A DNA stretch of 64,000 nt from assembly GCA_964457455.1 (NCBI GenBank), contig CAYWJN010000001.1, positions 5,648 to 69,647 on the forward strand. Direction: 5' to 3'. Of this stretch, positions 1 to 8,439 are shown piece by piece (the stretch's first letter is position 1; each line of letters starts with the position of its first letter). Origin of the DNA: an uncultured Candidatus Cloacimonadota bacterium (lineage in GTDB: Bacteria; Cloacimonadota; Cloacimonadia; Cloacimonadales; TCS61). Below the pieces are notes generated by a model. That model was given only the letters and a program-made list of their open reading frames with translations, did not search any database and was not told where the DNA came from. A program made the translations under genes and the position numbers.

Positions 1-468
1 GCCCGTCTAAGGGATATTATTATAAATATCGAAGATGATGGGCATAAATTATAGAGTGCATAAATAAGATGATTATAAAATATGTGTCTGGCGGGTGCGA
101 TAAATGTAGAAAAAATAAATAAGTGGGTTCGCCCTCTATAGAGGAGAGAAAAACAAGGCAAAAAAGGGGAATATGTGGAGAATGTCTTTGCAAAATGTCC
201 ACTATAATAGAAGCGGGGCATAGATACCACAAATAATATAAAAAAATAATACATTAATGAACTCGCTGTGATAGATATTGCCTTATTGCAAAATACGGAG
301 AAAAAAGACGACAAAGATATATAAGTTACGACCATTTAGTGTCCATTTCGGACAAAAATATAAAACTGCTGATAATGGGGGCTAAATGACTTATCCCTAC
401 TGCTAAGAGACAGACAAAACGAAACGCATAAATAGATTTGAAAAATAATGAATTTAGATTAATAAAGG

Positions 469-512
469 TTTCCGGTTTCCTGCAACCCAAAACCGGAAAG
501 GAGAAAAGAGTG
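469..512 (+). promoter_or_regulatory. hairpin + Shine-Dalgarno leader element, copy 1
   Basis: 10-bp stem TTTCCGGTTT (469-478) / AAACCGGAAA (490-499) with an 11-nt loop. The 3' arm abuts GGAG (500-503) and a GTG start at 510. The 19-nt core AAAACCGGAAAGGAGAAAA (489-507) recurs exactly at 2736-2754. Confidence 0.5.
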
Positions 513-1010
513 AGTAGTCTTATCATTCATAAAAAACATGGTATTAATGCACGGTCAACGACAGTGCTATGTCCAATCTGTCTTAAAAGAAAGCCAGATA
601 ACAACTTGCTTTTATTAGGTCATCAGAATAGCTTACTAAAATGCACAGAATGTGGGCGTAAAGTTATAGGTACGAAAAGAAAACGTAACTGTCCATCATG
701 CAAAGCGAAATCGTCATTGAAATACGAAAGAGAACTCCATGATTATGAAAGCATTGACAATCCCGGATTGAAAATCTGTAGCGATTGTATCAATGAACTG
801 CAGAAGAAACAAATCAAAATTGATGATAATATTGTTTTTTGTGTAGAAGGTAAAAAAGCACGTGACAACATAGCGTTAACGGGAGCATTTTTTGTTTTAA
901 ATAAGAAAAGTAAATGGTTTGAAGAAGAATTATCCAAATATGTAACAGGCAATATTGTTATTATCGATACAGCAACATTTAGAAAGGTATTATCCGATTA
1001 TGGAAAATAA
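510..1010 (+). CDS. zinc-ribbon protein with four CxxC pairs, function unknown
   Basis: ORF track gives 438-1010. I prefer the in-frame GTG at 510 because AAAGGAG lies 6 nt upstream, while ATG 438 has no SD. Translation contains CPIC, CTEC, CPSC and CSDC. Confidence 0.6.
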   Translation: MSSLIIHKKHGINARSTTVLCPICLKRKPDNNLLLLGHQNSLLKCTECGRKVIGTKRKRNCPSCKAKSSLKYERELHDYESIDNPGLKICSDCINELQKKQIKIDDNIVFCVEGKKARDNIALTGAFFVLNKKSKWFEEELSKYVTGNIVIIDTATFRKVLSDYGK

Positions 1011-1025
1011 TCGGTGGGAGGAAAT

Positions 1026-1112
1026 ATGCAAACAAATTATCAAATCCGAGCATTCACAAAGGCTTGCGAGGATCTTTATATTTCTATGGATGAAATCGAA
1101 TGTTACATTTAG
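1026..1112 (+). CDS. small ORF (28 aa), possibly the 5' part of a frame-disrupted gene continued by 1100-1402
   Basis: GGGAGG SD lies 5 nt upstream of ATG 1026 and the ORF ends at TAG 1110-1112. It overlaps ATG 1100, which is in the -1 frame and lacks a clear SD. Confidence 0.35.
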   Translation: MQTNYQIRAFTKACEDLYISMDEIECYI

Positions 1113-1402
1113 TCAATGAAATAACGAGTGAAAATTTGCTTGATCAGATCGATCAAAAAGATTTTGAACAATTTAACGAGACATTTAAACCATACGGTGT
1201 AATCCTTACATCCTTCACCGATCAAATGTTTATTACGATGGGAATGTGGCTTTTCGATATTGTTGAATTTGATAAATTTTTACACAAGATTGGTTATCGA
1301 GAAAATGCTCACGGGTCAATGGAAGATTACCTTCGCAATAATTTTTCCGAAGAAACGGCAGATTTAATAGCATCTTTAATAGAAAAATATCCAAAGACGT
1401 GA
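1100..1402 (+). CDS. hypothetical protein
   Basis: 100-aa ORF from the track, co-directional with its neighbours. No motif recognised. Confidence 0.5.
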   Translation: MLHLVNEITSENLLDQIDQKDFEQFNETFKPYGVILTSFTDQMFITMGMWLFDIVEFDKFLHKIGYRENAHGSMEDYLRNNFSEETADLIASLIEKYPKT

Positions 1403-1433
1403 AGAATGGTACAAAAAATTATTACCTACAGAA

Positions 1434-1646
1434 ATGCTGAAATTTAATAAAATGAACATTCAAGAGCGCGAATGTTATCTCCACAGGTTAAACCATCTGA
1501 GAAAATTATTTGCTCGATACAATATGAAAATATTTTTGATTTATGGTTCCCTTTTGGGGGCTATTAGGAACAAAGGATTAATTCCGCACGATGGAGATAT
1601 TAATATCAGTATTAATGGGATGAAATACTTAATATTTGGTATCTGA
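1434..1646 (+). pseudogene. LicD-family N-terminal fragment, truncated
   Basis: Translation FLIYGSLLGAIRNKGLIPHDGDINI matches the LicD N-terminal signature as I recall it (Y-x-G-[ST]-LLGA-x-R-x-x-G-x-IP-x-D-x-D). The stop at 1644-1646 leaves only about 110 nt before the next gene, so most of a normal LicD is absent. Confidence 0.45.
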
Positions 1647-1755
1647 AATCCTGGAAAAACTCGCAATCGAATTTTTATTCAGAAAAAAACAATATTGAAA
1701 TTGCAACATTTGAAAATATTAGGGTAATTGAAAGACATAATGAATTGGAGAAAAA

Positions 1756-2640
1756 ATGGGCACAACAAAAGTATTAGTAATCGGAAAGAATTCCGACATC
1801 GGTCGGAAAACAATTTCTTTATTAAAAAGAAGGCAATTTATAGTTGAAGAACAATCGGGACATGATCTGCTGAACGGAGAAATCATACATCAGTTAATAG
1901 AATGCTATTATATTGAAAGTATAATTTTATTTGTTGGAACAATGACATCGGAAGCAAGTGAATCAATAATATTGCCTTTTACGGATCTCAAAAACAAAGA
2001 TTTTTTGCATTCGTATAAAGTAAATTATTGGTCGGCGGTACTTACAGCAAGATTAGCAAAAATGTTGTTTCAGAAAAAAGGCGGAACAATAACATTTATT
2101 AGTTCTTCTTCATCGATTTGTGGCAGAAAAAATTATTCTTGTTATTCACCAATGAAAGCTGCTCTTATTAATTTAACTCAATGTTTAGCCGAAGATTTAA
2201 AAAAATATAATATCAGGGTAAACTGCTTGAATCCTGCAAGTGTTAATACGAAAATGAGAGATATTTTTGAAGGTGAAAATTGGACAGAAATGTTACAGCC
2301 AATAGATGTCGCTCATCAGATTCTTCCGTTTGTTACGACTAACGATACAGGAGTAATACACCATTTCAGCTATCATCATCCGAATTTTTATTATATCGAA
2401 ACAATGCAAACATACATTCGATTTTATGGTGCTCCGGATTTCATCTATTATAGAAATATGGTGTTCACTATGGATTTTTATGACGAAGCAGGATTAGTTT
2501 TGACTTATGGTAATAAAAAACATGGAAAGATGATTACAGTTAAAACAGTTAACAGGTACAGTTTTCATAGTTATTCTGATGCAGTAGTTGAAATATCTGA
2601 TGCCACAGCGTTCCGGCATGATATAGAATACAGGGAGTAG
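1756..2640 (+). CDS. short-chain dehydrogenase/reductase (SDR) with C-terminal extension
   Basis: Rossmann glycine motif VLVIGKNSDIGRK. Catalytic YxxxK (YSPMKAAL) is followed by NPASVNT. About 90 extra C-terminal residues have no motif. Confidence 0.7.
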   Translation: MGTTKVLVIGKNSDIGRKTISLLKRRQFIVEEQSGHDLLNGEIIHQLIECYYIESIILFVGTMTSEASESIILPFTDLKNKDFLHSYKVNYWSAVLTARLAKMLFQKKGGTITFISSSSSICGRKNYSCYSPMKAALINLTQCLAEDLKKYNIRVNCLNPASVNTKMRDIFEGENWTEMLQPIDVAHQILPFVTTNDTGVIHHFSYHHPNFYYIETMQTYIRFYGAPDFIYYRNMVFTMDFYDEAGLVLTYGNKKHGKMITVKTVNRYSFHSYSDAVVEISDATAFRHDIEYRE

Positions 2641-2720
2641 TTAATGAAGATTAATAATAAAGAATTAAAGATTTATTGCACTGCTAATGGGCAATTCTCC
2701 ATTTTTCGTGTCCCAAATCG

Positions 2721-2759
2721 ACCGATTTTCGGTATAAAACCGGAAAGGAGAAAAAGATG
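2721..2759 (+). promoter_or_regulatory. hairpin + Shine-Dalgarno leader element, copy 2
   Basis: Exact 19-nt core AAAACCGGAAAGGAGAAAA at 2736-2754. It is preceded by imperfect complementary arms (ACCGA/TCGGT, or TTTTCGGT pairing with AACCGGAAA with one bulge). ATG 2757 lies 6 nt after GGAG. Confidence 0.45.
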
Positions 2760-3431
2760 GGTTTTGGGTATTCAATAATGGAAACAAAATATTTGGCAGA
2801 TATACCGGAAGTAGCAAACAAGCATGGCTTTCCCAAAACGCTTACGATAAGGAATGAGATAATACATCTTAAGCATATTTTCACAGAATTGTTTACTAGA
2901 AAATCAGTAGACATTAGAAATATGCTGGAATATCTCAATATGGATATATACAGGTATATGGAGATCATGACAAATAGAATAAGGAAAATACACCATATAT
3001 CAAGAGGCTATGTAAGAGATTGCAATGCAATCTTGAAACACAATCACAACAAGTTTTTTCCAACCATTCAATTATTGGGTGGATTAAACAACATAATAGT
3101 CTTGGATTTTGATGGGGTTGTAACAGATAAAAGGTTTATAGAAATATATGAGTTATGCAACAAGAGGTGCAGAACTGAAATCTGCAGTGCGAACCCGACA
3201 ATTACATCCAAATGGTTCGAGGCAAAAAATATAACAATGCCGAGCAGAATAAATGCAGTAAAGGGAAAAAAAAAGAAGATATACAAAATAATAGAAATTC
3301 AAAAGAAGTATGATAATGTGTTTTATGTTGATGACGAAAAAAAATATCTTGACTATGTATGGGTATTCGGGGTCAAAACATTTTTATGGAACGGAAAAAA
3401 AATAACAAAGCATTCTTTAAAAACTATATAA
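2757..3431 (+). CDS. HAD-superfamily hydrolase-like protein
   Basis: HAD motif I (hhhhDxDx[TV]) appears as IIVLDFDGVVTD. A late acidic motif FYVDDEKK is present. AAAGGAG SD upstream. Confidence 0.55.
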   Translation: MGFGYSIMETKYLADIPEVANKHGFPKTLTIRNEIIHLKHIFTELFTRKSVDIRNMLEYLNMDIYRYMEIMTNRIRKIHHISRGYVRDCNAILKHNHNKFFPTIQLLGGLNNIIVLDFDGVVTDKRFIEIYELCNKRCRTEICSANPTITSKWFEAKNITMPSRINAVKGKKKKIYKIIEIQKKYDNVFYVDDEKKYLDYVWVFGVKTFLWNGKKITKHSLKTI

Positions 3432-3615
3432 CCAAAAGTTCAATCTGCTTGCTATGGCGACTTCATGAATTGGGTGTTTTCACGAATTTTCAATACACAC
3501 AAAATACTAAGAGCCGACTTATAGTCGCTGCCGATTCACAGTCAGTTTCTCAAAGATGTATCTAAATTCGAAGAGGAAGACTGTCTAAATAAACTCACAA
3601 TAAAAAAGGTTGAGA

Positions 3616-3726
3616 ATGGAACTTACAGAATTATCGGATCAAATGAGTAATATAATAAATCATTTTAAATTGATAATCAAGTTGAATATTTATTATTTTT
3701 CTGCCTTTAATAATAAAGTTGATTGA
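3616..3726 (+). CDS. possible small ORF (36 aa)
   Basis: ATG 3616 follows AAGGTTGAGA. It lies in an otherwise ORF-poor 320-nt gap. Weak support. Confidence 0.25.
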   Translation: MELTELSDQMSNIINHFKLIIKLNIYYFSAFNNKVD

Positions 3727-3755
3727 CATAATATATGATATAAAGGAGGAGTATT

Positions 3756-3992
3756 ATGAAAAAACAACAAACTGTAAAAACACAGAATAAGGCATCAACC
3801 TATACGCCAGAACAGCAAACAACAATTAATAAAATAAACCAAATGGGACACTACGAAATGTGTTATCTTTGGAAATTTGCGTCGAGTGAACATCCTTATT
3901 TTGACAAAACATTGCCTTATGCAGAAATATTCGAAGAACGCCTATTTAAACACTTCGGTGGATTCACACCAGAAATGCGTAAATCACTTTAG
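3756..3992 (+). CDS. hypothetical small protein (78 aa)
   Basis: AAAGGAGGAG SD. The 5' end (SD through codon 8) is duplicated at 3991-4024. Confidence 0.65.
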   Translation: MKKQQTVKTQNKASTYTPEQQTTINKINQMGHYEMCYLWKFASSEHPYFDKTLPYAEIFEERLFKHFGGFTPEMRKSL

Positions 3993-4002
3993 GAGAAGTA
4001 TT

Positions 4003-4089
4003 ATGAAAAAAGAACAAACAGTTAACGAAAAAAAATACCGAGTTACATGGGGAAACAAACTTAATAACCGCACGGGGTATGGTAAATAG
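4003..4089 (+). CDS. small protein (28 aa) sharing its translation-initiation region with the 3756 gene
   Basis: AGGAGAAGTATTATGAAAAAAGAACAAACAGT compares with AGGAGGAGTATTATGAAAAAACAACAAACTGT at 3744. It is in the same frame as track ORF 3877-4089. Confidence 0.45.
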   Translation: MKKEQTVNEKKYRVTWGNKLNNRTGYGK

Positions 4090-4328
4090 CAAGAAAGTAA
4101 AAATATTTGCCAAACATGGGTTGATAAATATAAATGGCAGGGGATAGTGCATTGGGTGGAAATTAAAAAATAACAATCCTGAATTAATTAAAAACTAAGG
4201 GAGAAAGGAGATAAAATGAAAAAAGTAACTATTCGAATTCCTGAGTTCGAAACAATTTGAAAAGATTATGTCTAAAAAAGCGGTAGAATTTTTAGAAAAA
4301 ATTTGGATAGAGAAGGAGGGGGGTGGCA

Positions 4329-4652
4329 ATGAAAAAGAAAATAGGCCCTCGGGGACGTCGGGGAAAGGCAATACAATCAGCCACAGATAAACTGTTGACT
4401 GTTATTATGTCTAACAAAGGCCCCGACATTAAATATTTAGCCGTATACTCATGTAAAAAAACTATGAGCAGATACATTGCTTTGGAATATGGTGGGCGCT
4501 GCCATAATATACGGATATCTGACCATGTTGGATTAGACAATGGTACGTACCAATACGATTTAAGAGTTAAAGAGATTGAGGAAGATTGCCATAAAGTGGG
4601 TATGTCAATCATAAGTCAAATAAAATTAAAAGGAGGGAGAATAGATGCCTAA
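4329..4652 (+). CDS. hypothetical protein
   Basis: Track ORF is 4323-4652 with a GTG start. ATG 4329 has AAGGAGG 8 nt upstream and is preferred. Confidence 0.6.
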   Translation: MKKKIGPRGRRGKAIQSATDKLLTVIMSNKGPDIKYLAVYSCKKTMSRYIALEYGGRCHNIRISDHVGLDNGTYQYDLRVKEIEEDCHKVGMSIISQIKLKGGRIDA

Positions 4653-4968
4653 TATTATTATCATTCCTGTGTTGTATATGGTAATTGTTGTGCTAGTTAT
4701 CATTAATATATCACAGTGGAAAAAACTAAAAATCATGCAGCGCAAAGTAAAGAAAGGAAAGTATGAAATCAAATGCCTCATGGAGTATCTAAAAAAGCAG
4801 ACGGACGAGGCCATTGACAAGTATTCTGATAGTATTCAATCAATAAAGAGAAATGGGTTCTTGGCAGAAATTAACATGGCCAAAGGGTTAAAGATTGGAT
4901 ACAGGGAGGCAAGAAAATTAATAAATGAAATATATAAAATACTAGGGGACAATGATGGAAATAATTAA
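4645..4968 (+). CDS. membrane-anchored protein (N-terminal TM)
   Basis: N-terminal hydrophobic stretch IIIIPVLYMVIVVLVIINI. GGAGGGAG SD upstream. Confidence 0.6.
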   Translation: MPNIIIIPVLYMVIVVLVIINISQWKKLKIMQRKVKKGKYEIKCLMEYLKKQTDEAIDKYSDSIQSIKRNGFLAEINMAKGLKIGYREARKLINEIYKILGDNDGNN

Positions 4969-5335
4969 TATATCTTTGGTGATCATGATCATATTATGTT
5001 TTACGAACATGCTCATTCTCATAATATTCGGGCAAAGGCAAAACAGATTAAAAGATATTGTTTGCCAGATGACCGAAAAATATAATAAAGCAACAGAGGA
5101 AAAGGAAAGAAGGAAGCGCGAATTAAAACATTCCTCATGTTTGGCAAAAAAAGATATATTGAATAAATTAGGCAACACATTCTTAAAATTATTGCCAGAT
5201 TATCAAAAATCAATATTGATGTTATTTAATTATACGGGGTCAAGATTGTTGAACTATAAACTTGGGGTACTTGTGAAGGAATTTATGATTAAGGTGTCAA
5301 AAGAAGCACAAGAAGATAATGTCCATGACAATTGA
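4952..5335 (+). CDS. membrane-anchored protein (N-terminal TM, coiled-coil)
   Basis: N-terminal hydrophobic stretch INISLVIMIILCFTNMLILIIF. Overlaps the previous gene. Confidence 0.55.
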   Translation: MMEIINISLVIMIILCFTNMLILIIFGQRQNRLKDIVCQMTEKYNKATEEKERRKRELKHSSCLAKKDILNKLGNTFLKLLPDYQKSILMLFNYTGSRLLNYKLGVLVKEFMIKVSKEAQEDNVHDN

Positions 5336-5375
5336 GGAGAAAACCCGGTCAGTAGCATGATGCCAATGTGGATAT

Positions 5376-5750
5376 ATGGGTAAAGACATAAATATGTGGA
5401 AAGGAAAAATGAAAAATAAGAAAGATCTTCTTGCCGCTTATCAGCCAGGCATAGCCTCTATTAATTCAGAACTTGCTGATAAAGTTATACGCCGGGCATG
5501 TCAACGATGTGAGAATCCGCTCTGTAAACATGGAGATAATCTGCAGATTCATCATATGGTTGGGCGAAGAAGAAAAGCATGGCTGGGCAACCTTCTCTAT
5601 TTGTGTGATGATTGCCATGATAATGGGGCGCATGGTGTAAGTAACCCAGAAGCAGGAAAATTTGTAGAGGGAAAATTGACACAATTAAAACAATATTACA
5701 AAAAATATTTTACTCCCGAGGAAGTAAGATATTTGATGAATTATAGATAA
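5376..5750 (+). CDS. HNH endonuclease
   Basis: CQRC...LQIHHMVGRRRKAW..GNLLYLCDDCHDNGAH gives the paired Cys plus H-N-H pattern typical of HNH nucleases. Confidence 0.7.
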   Translation: MGKDINMWKGKMKNKKDLLAAYQPGIASINSELADKVIRRACQRCENPLCKHGDNLQIHHMVGRRRKAWLGNLLYLCDDCHDNGAHGVSNPEAGKFVEGKLTQLKQYYKKYFTPEEVRYLMNYR

Positions 5751-5753
5751 AAT

Positions 5754-5819
5754 TCTGGGACATCTGACAATAAATATCAGGTGTCCCAGAAAAATATCTT
5801 GACAATATTCTTTTTTTTT
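5754..5819 (+). terminator. terminator-like hairpins after the HNH gene
   Basis: 13-bp stem TCTGGGACATCTG (5754-5766) / CAGGTGTCCCAGA (5778-5790) with one G-U pair. This is followed by an AT-rich hairpin and a T9 run at 5811-5819. Confidence 0.5.
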
Positions 5820-5844
5820 AGCCATTCGCTTAATAGGAGGATAA

Positions 5845-6138
5845 ATGAGCATCAAAATATTTGGATATGAGATCATCAATATTGAAAGACATATTTTGCT
5901 AGGTCTTGCATTGGGATCGGTAATCAAGGTGATGCGATGGATATGTACGGCAATTGGTTTGAATATGAGTTTCTATAAGACGTGGGCTATAATCATACCA
6001 ATAATTATAGCACTATTTATTGAAATAATCCAATATAATAATTCTTATGATAAAAAATCCTATTTAAAGAAAAAGTGGCCGGATATTATATCTGATATTA
6101 TTTTGACAGCAGGCACCTCAATTATGGTGACACTATGA
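5845..6138 (+). CDS. small multi-pass membrane protein
   Basis: Three hydrophobic segments in 97 aa. TAGGAGG SD upstream. Confidence 0.6.
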   Translation: MSIKIFGYEIINIERHILLGLALGSVIKVMRWICTAIGLNMSFYKTWAIIIPIIIALFIEIIQYNNSYDKKSYLKKKWPDIISDIILTAGTSIMVTL

Positions 6139-6413
6139 TATCATATGTAAGACGGTATGTCCATGATAACCTAGACAAAAAGAAGAGAAAAAATATTAAG
6201 TGCCCATCGATTTTAAAGAAAAGTGAAGTGGCTCCCATGAACATGTCAACTATTGCAAAGAATACTATGAAAACGCCCAATATTTCTGGTCCAAAATTAC
6301 ATAAATCACTGGGAAAGAAGACCGTAGGGCTACTGGGCAAAGGGATGACTGGGCTTTGGTTGGGGACAAGCATTTTTAATGTAATGAAGAAAAGCAAGAA
6401 CATACCATTATAA
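6135..6413 (+). CDS. leader-family member with displaced motif and glycine-rich C-terminus
   Basis: IKCPSILKKS at 6195-6224. ATT sits where paralogs have ATG. The C-terminus GLLGKGMTGLWLGTSIF is Gly-rich and hydrophobic. Confidence 0.55.
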   Translation: MISYVRRYVHDNLDKKKRKNIKCPSILKKSEVAPMNMSTIAKNTMKTPNISGPKLHKSLGKKTVGLLGKGMTGLWLGTSIFNVMKKSKNIPL

Positions 6414-6422
6414 GGAGATATA

Positions 6423-8435
6423 ATGAAATTTTTTAAAGATCCACTAAATGCAAACGATGTATTTAAAGACATAGTTGTCAAGACGGCTGTTTTGGATTTA
6501 ACGAATGACCGCCCAGATCAATGGAGAGAAGAGATAAGAGAATACATCTCAAATAAATATCCATTTTTGACGGCAGGATTAAAGGAAGTTAAATATAATA
6601 AGATAGATGAGTCAACTGGGGATGCTATTGGATCAATAGTATGGATGGAAGGTAATACATCGATGACTATCCCAGTGATAATTGAAAACAACATCCTCAA
6701 AGATATTGACGCAGCGATATACCAGAATAAAGTTATTCCCATATCGGAGTCTTTTATATTATCTGAAGTGGAGAAGAATCAGGAAATGGGGCAAACTGAA
6801 GAGACTAATGATGTTTCTGATGAGATAGAATTTCTTACAGAAGGGGGATTATTTGATGTTAGTGACCAGACGGGCATAAAAGTAGCAGCCACAATATCCA
6901 CTGTTGCAAGGGTAAGAAATTTGTTAGATAGCAGGGGTGTAAAATTGCCAGAAAATATTGAGAATCTTATTAAGGAGGGGGTAGCAAAGGGTAAAAATGA
7001 TGAAGACAGAATATTAGTGATAAAGAGGAGAGAAATTCCAGAAAAACCATATCATTTTTCTGGAATTATGTTAAAACAAGCCTCTGATGGTAAATATAAA
7101 ATAGAAAGGTTTGAAATGTCTGCAGAAGATTTTAATAAAATTGCTGGATTTGTTGAAGGGGGGTGTGTATATGATTCTAATTCTGATTCTGATTGCCTTG
7201 ATAATAGAACAACCAAATATGTATCAATGATACTGGATAAACAGTTAAAGGATATGCCCAAAATCAAAAAGATAACGGAATCGGGGAATTATCAATATAT
7301 ATTATTTAATGGGATTGGAAAAAGAGGTGTTGTCGTAACCGACCCATTAAAAATATGGGAGACAGGAAAATCTAGAGCGTTGGCTGTTTCTGAAAATACC
7401 TCTGCCCTTCACGAAACGAATGACCCACGAGAATGGATTTATGGCGAGGTATATGGTGGGTCAGACGATTATGAAAATTTAAAAACCAAGTCGCAGGGCT
7501 ATTATTTCGGTGGAATGACACCTGTTGATCTACAAAATGTTCAAGGCAAGGATATAATATTTGAAGCCAGCAGGACAATAACCCTCCCATATAGAGTAGA
7601 AGAGGTAACAAAAACACGACTCGCAAAAGATGGACGCGAAATAGTTCTCTATTATTTAAAATCATATCATGATGGTAGTCATGCGACAGTATGGTTAAAT
7701 AGCGGTATTGATAAAGTGACTAAAGCGGACACTGAAAAAATGATTGCTCAAGGACTAGGGGCGATTGTTAGACCGGGCAGGGATATATATCTTTTGCCGG
7801 AATATTATCGCCCCATATTTCTTCCCGGGAAAAGAATCAAGGATTCAAAAATCAAATCTCAAGTGTCAGACATTATGAAAAATATCCAAACAGATTATCC
7901 TATCAAAACAGCTATTGAGATGGTTGACATGGATGAATACAGGGTGACGGTTCGCAATGGAAGTAGGAAGATTTTTGATGAAACTATGAAAAAAGAGGCT
8001 TCACTCCTGGTTGCCAATTACTTTACTGGGCAAAACGCTGACAGAATAGAAGACTATGATCCTAGTGATATTTATTTGTCAAAATATGCTGGAAATATTA
8101 AAGACATAGAACCAAAACACTATGTGGACTTGTCTGCTATGGATAAATATAGAGGGGATTTTATCAAAACAGCATCGATTCTTTGGCGAGAATGGCCAAT
8201 TGAAAAAGATGCCGAAATAGAGAATGTCATTAATGGACTGATTTCCGCAGAATATGCTGATAAAAAAAATATCGTAAATTCAGAAGAACTGTTGGAACTG
8301 CTGAGTAAAACGCTAAATAAAATAGGGAATGTCTTATTATTGTCCAGAATGTCAAAAACACATTTGTCTGAACCAATATTAACGAAGGCTTTTAAGGCAA
8401 TAACAGGGTTGATTTCTGATATAAAGGGCGAATAA
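6423..8435 (+). CDS. large structural or internal virion protein, unknown function
   Basis: 670-aa ORF with an AAGGAG SD. Contains NLIKEGV, which resembles the proposed processing motif. Confidence 0.7.
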   Translation: MKFFKDPLNANDVFKDIVVKTAVLDLTNDRPDQWREEIREYISNKYPFLTAGLKEVKYNKIDESTGDAIGSIVWMEGNTSMTIPVIIENNILKDIDAAIYQNKVIPISESFILSEVEKNQEMGQTEETNDVSDEIEFLTEGGLFDVSDQTGIKVAATISTVARVRNLLDSRGVKLPENIENLIKEGVAKGKNDEDRILVIKRREIPEKPYHFSGIMLKQASDGKYKIERFEMSAEDFNKIAGFVEGGCVYDSNSDSDCLDNRTTKYVSMILDKQLKDMPKIKKITESGNYQYILFNGIGKRGVVVTDPLKIWETGKSRALAVSENTSALHETNDPREWIYGEVYGGSDDYENLKTKSQGYYFGGMTPVDLQNVQGKDIIFEASRTITLPYRVEEVTKTRLAKDGREIVLYYLKSYHDGSHATVWLNSGIDKVTKADTEKMIAQGLGAIVRPGRDIYLLPEYYRPIFLPGKRIKDSKIKSQVSDIMKNIQTDYPIKTAIEMVDMDEYRVTVRNGSRKIFDETMKKEASLLVANYFTGQNADRIEDYDPSDIYLSKYAGNIKDIEPKHYVDLSAMDKYRGDFIKTASILWREWPIEKDAEIENVINGLISAEYADKKNIVNSEELLELLSKTLNKIGNVLLLSRMSKTHLSEPILTKAFKAITGLISDIKGE

Positions 8436-8439
8436 TCAA

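Noticed and set aside
123-140. GTGGGTTCGCCCTC, resembling a tRNA T-arm
   Set aside because: No complementary T-stem, acceptor stem or anticodon arm can be drawn. No other tRNA-like cloverleaf was seen anywhere in the window.
190-207. GCA AAA TGT CCA CTA TAA (AKCPL then stop), sharing AAATGTCCAC with the leader genes
   Set aside because: It is a short 10-nt match in a non-coding AT-rich region with no SD, no start codon and an immediate stop. It is compatible with chance.
3359-3565. Track ORF 3359-3565 (+, 68 aa)
   Set aside because: It overlaps the 3' end of the HAD-like gene in another frame, has no SD, and its composition is not protein-like. The 3432-3755 region is better treated as mostly non-coding.
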